Assembly (NCBI GenBank): GCA_964106645.2
Contig: OZ067039.1
Reading direction: 5' to 3' (one strand)
Source of the DNA: Podarcis pityusensis
Lineage: Eukaryota
DNA: 64,000 bases
The number at the start of each line of letters is the position of its first letter. Position 1 is the first letter of the stretch. The position numbers and the translations under genes are program-made. Shown here piece after piece: positions 63,544 to 64,000 of the stretch. Below the pieces are notes generated by a model, which was not told where the DNA came from, ran no database searches, and worked only from the letters and a program-made list of their open reading frames with translations.

Positions 63544-64000
63544 TCATTTAGGATTACCCTTGACAAAAGTGATAAATACTTGTCCTTAATATATCTGAGT
63601 AAACCTGAGAACACCTTAGGCGTGTCCTAAACCCCAAAGTTGTCATCCCTGCTATTCTGAGTATAGAAGGAAATAATACAAGAAAACTTATAGCTGAAAA
63701 TGTTTGGCAGGGCCAACCAAAGTAGTATAACAAGTTAGCATGAATACATGAGTTTCTGTTTTCTCATGGAAAACACAAGATACATTTTAAGGATATAAAT
63801 TGTTTGTACCAATTCAAAATCACAATTTATCAATTAAATCTGAACTACACAAGGCTCCAATTTTCTTTCCCAAGTCACCAGGATTTTGATTTTCACACTA
63901 ATCCAGTATGATCAAGAGGGCTGTGGTGCAACAGCTGCAAGTACTCTTGGATGAAAACAGTTATCTTCACCCATTCATTTAGGTTCTGGCTTACAAAGAA

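Overview
Eukaryotic (vertebrate) genomic DNA, almost certainly from a squamate reptile and probably a lacertid lizard, judged by two Sauria-type SINEs and other squamate-like repeats. The window spans the tail-to-tail junction of two genes. On the minus strand are the last five coding exons of netrin-1 (NTN1; exons 3-7 by human numbering, 189/150/54/75/329 nt, all phase-1 GT-AG introns, together encoding the C-terminal 265 aa), followed by a probable 3' UTR of about 5 kb. On the plus strand is the final coding exon of syntaxin-8 (STX8; the C-terminal transmembrane anchor). The 54-nt NTN1 exon and the STX8 exon are both missing from the ORF track. Nearly all other ORFs in the track are chance ORFs in introns or repeats. 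The remainder is intron containing SINEs, CR1/L2 fragments, TA-flanked Tc1/mariner-like MITEs, hAT-like MITEs, microsatellites and several motif-dense, repeat-free blocks that look like enhancers. I found no evidence of a novel protein-coding system, CRISPR array, rRNA or tRNA gene. The best leads are non-coding: a hairpin in the NTN1 3' UTR, candidate intronic enhancers, a cluster of ~90-bp palindromic elements and an inverted SINE pair. Repeat boundaries are approximate and family names come from recalled consensus sequences, not from a database search.
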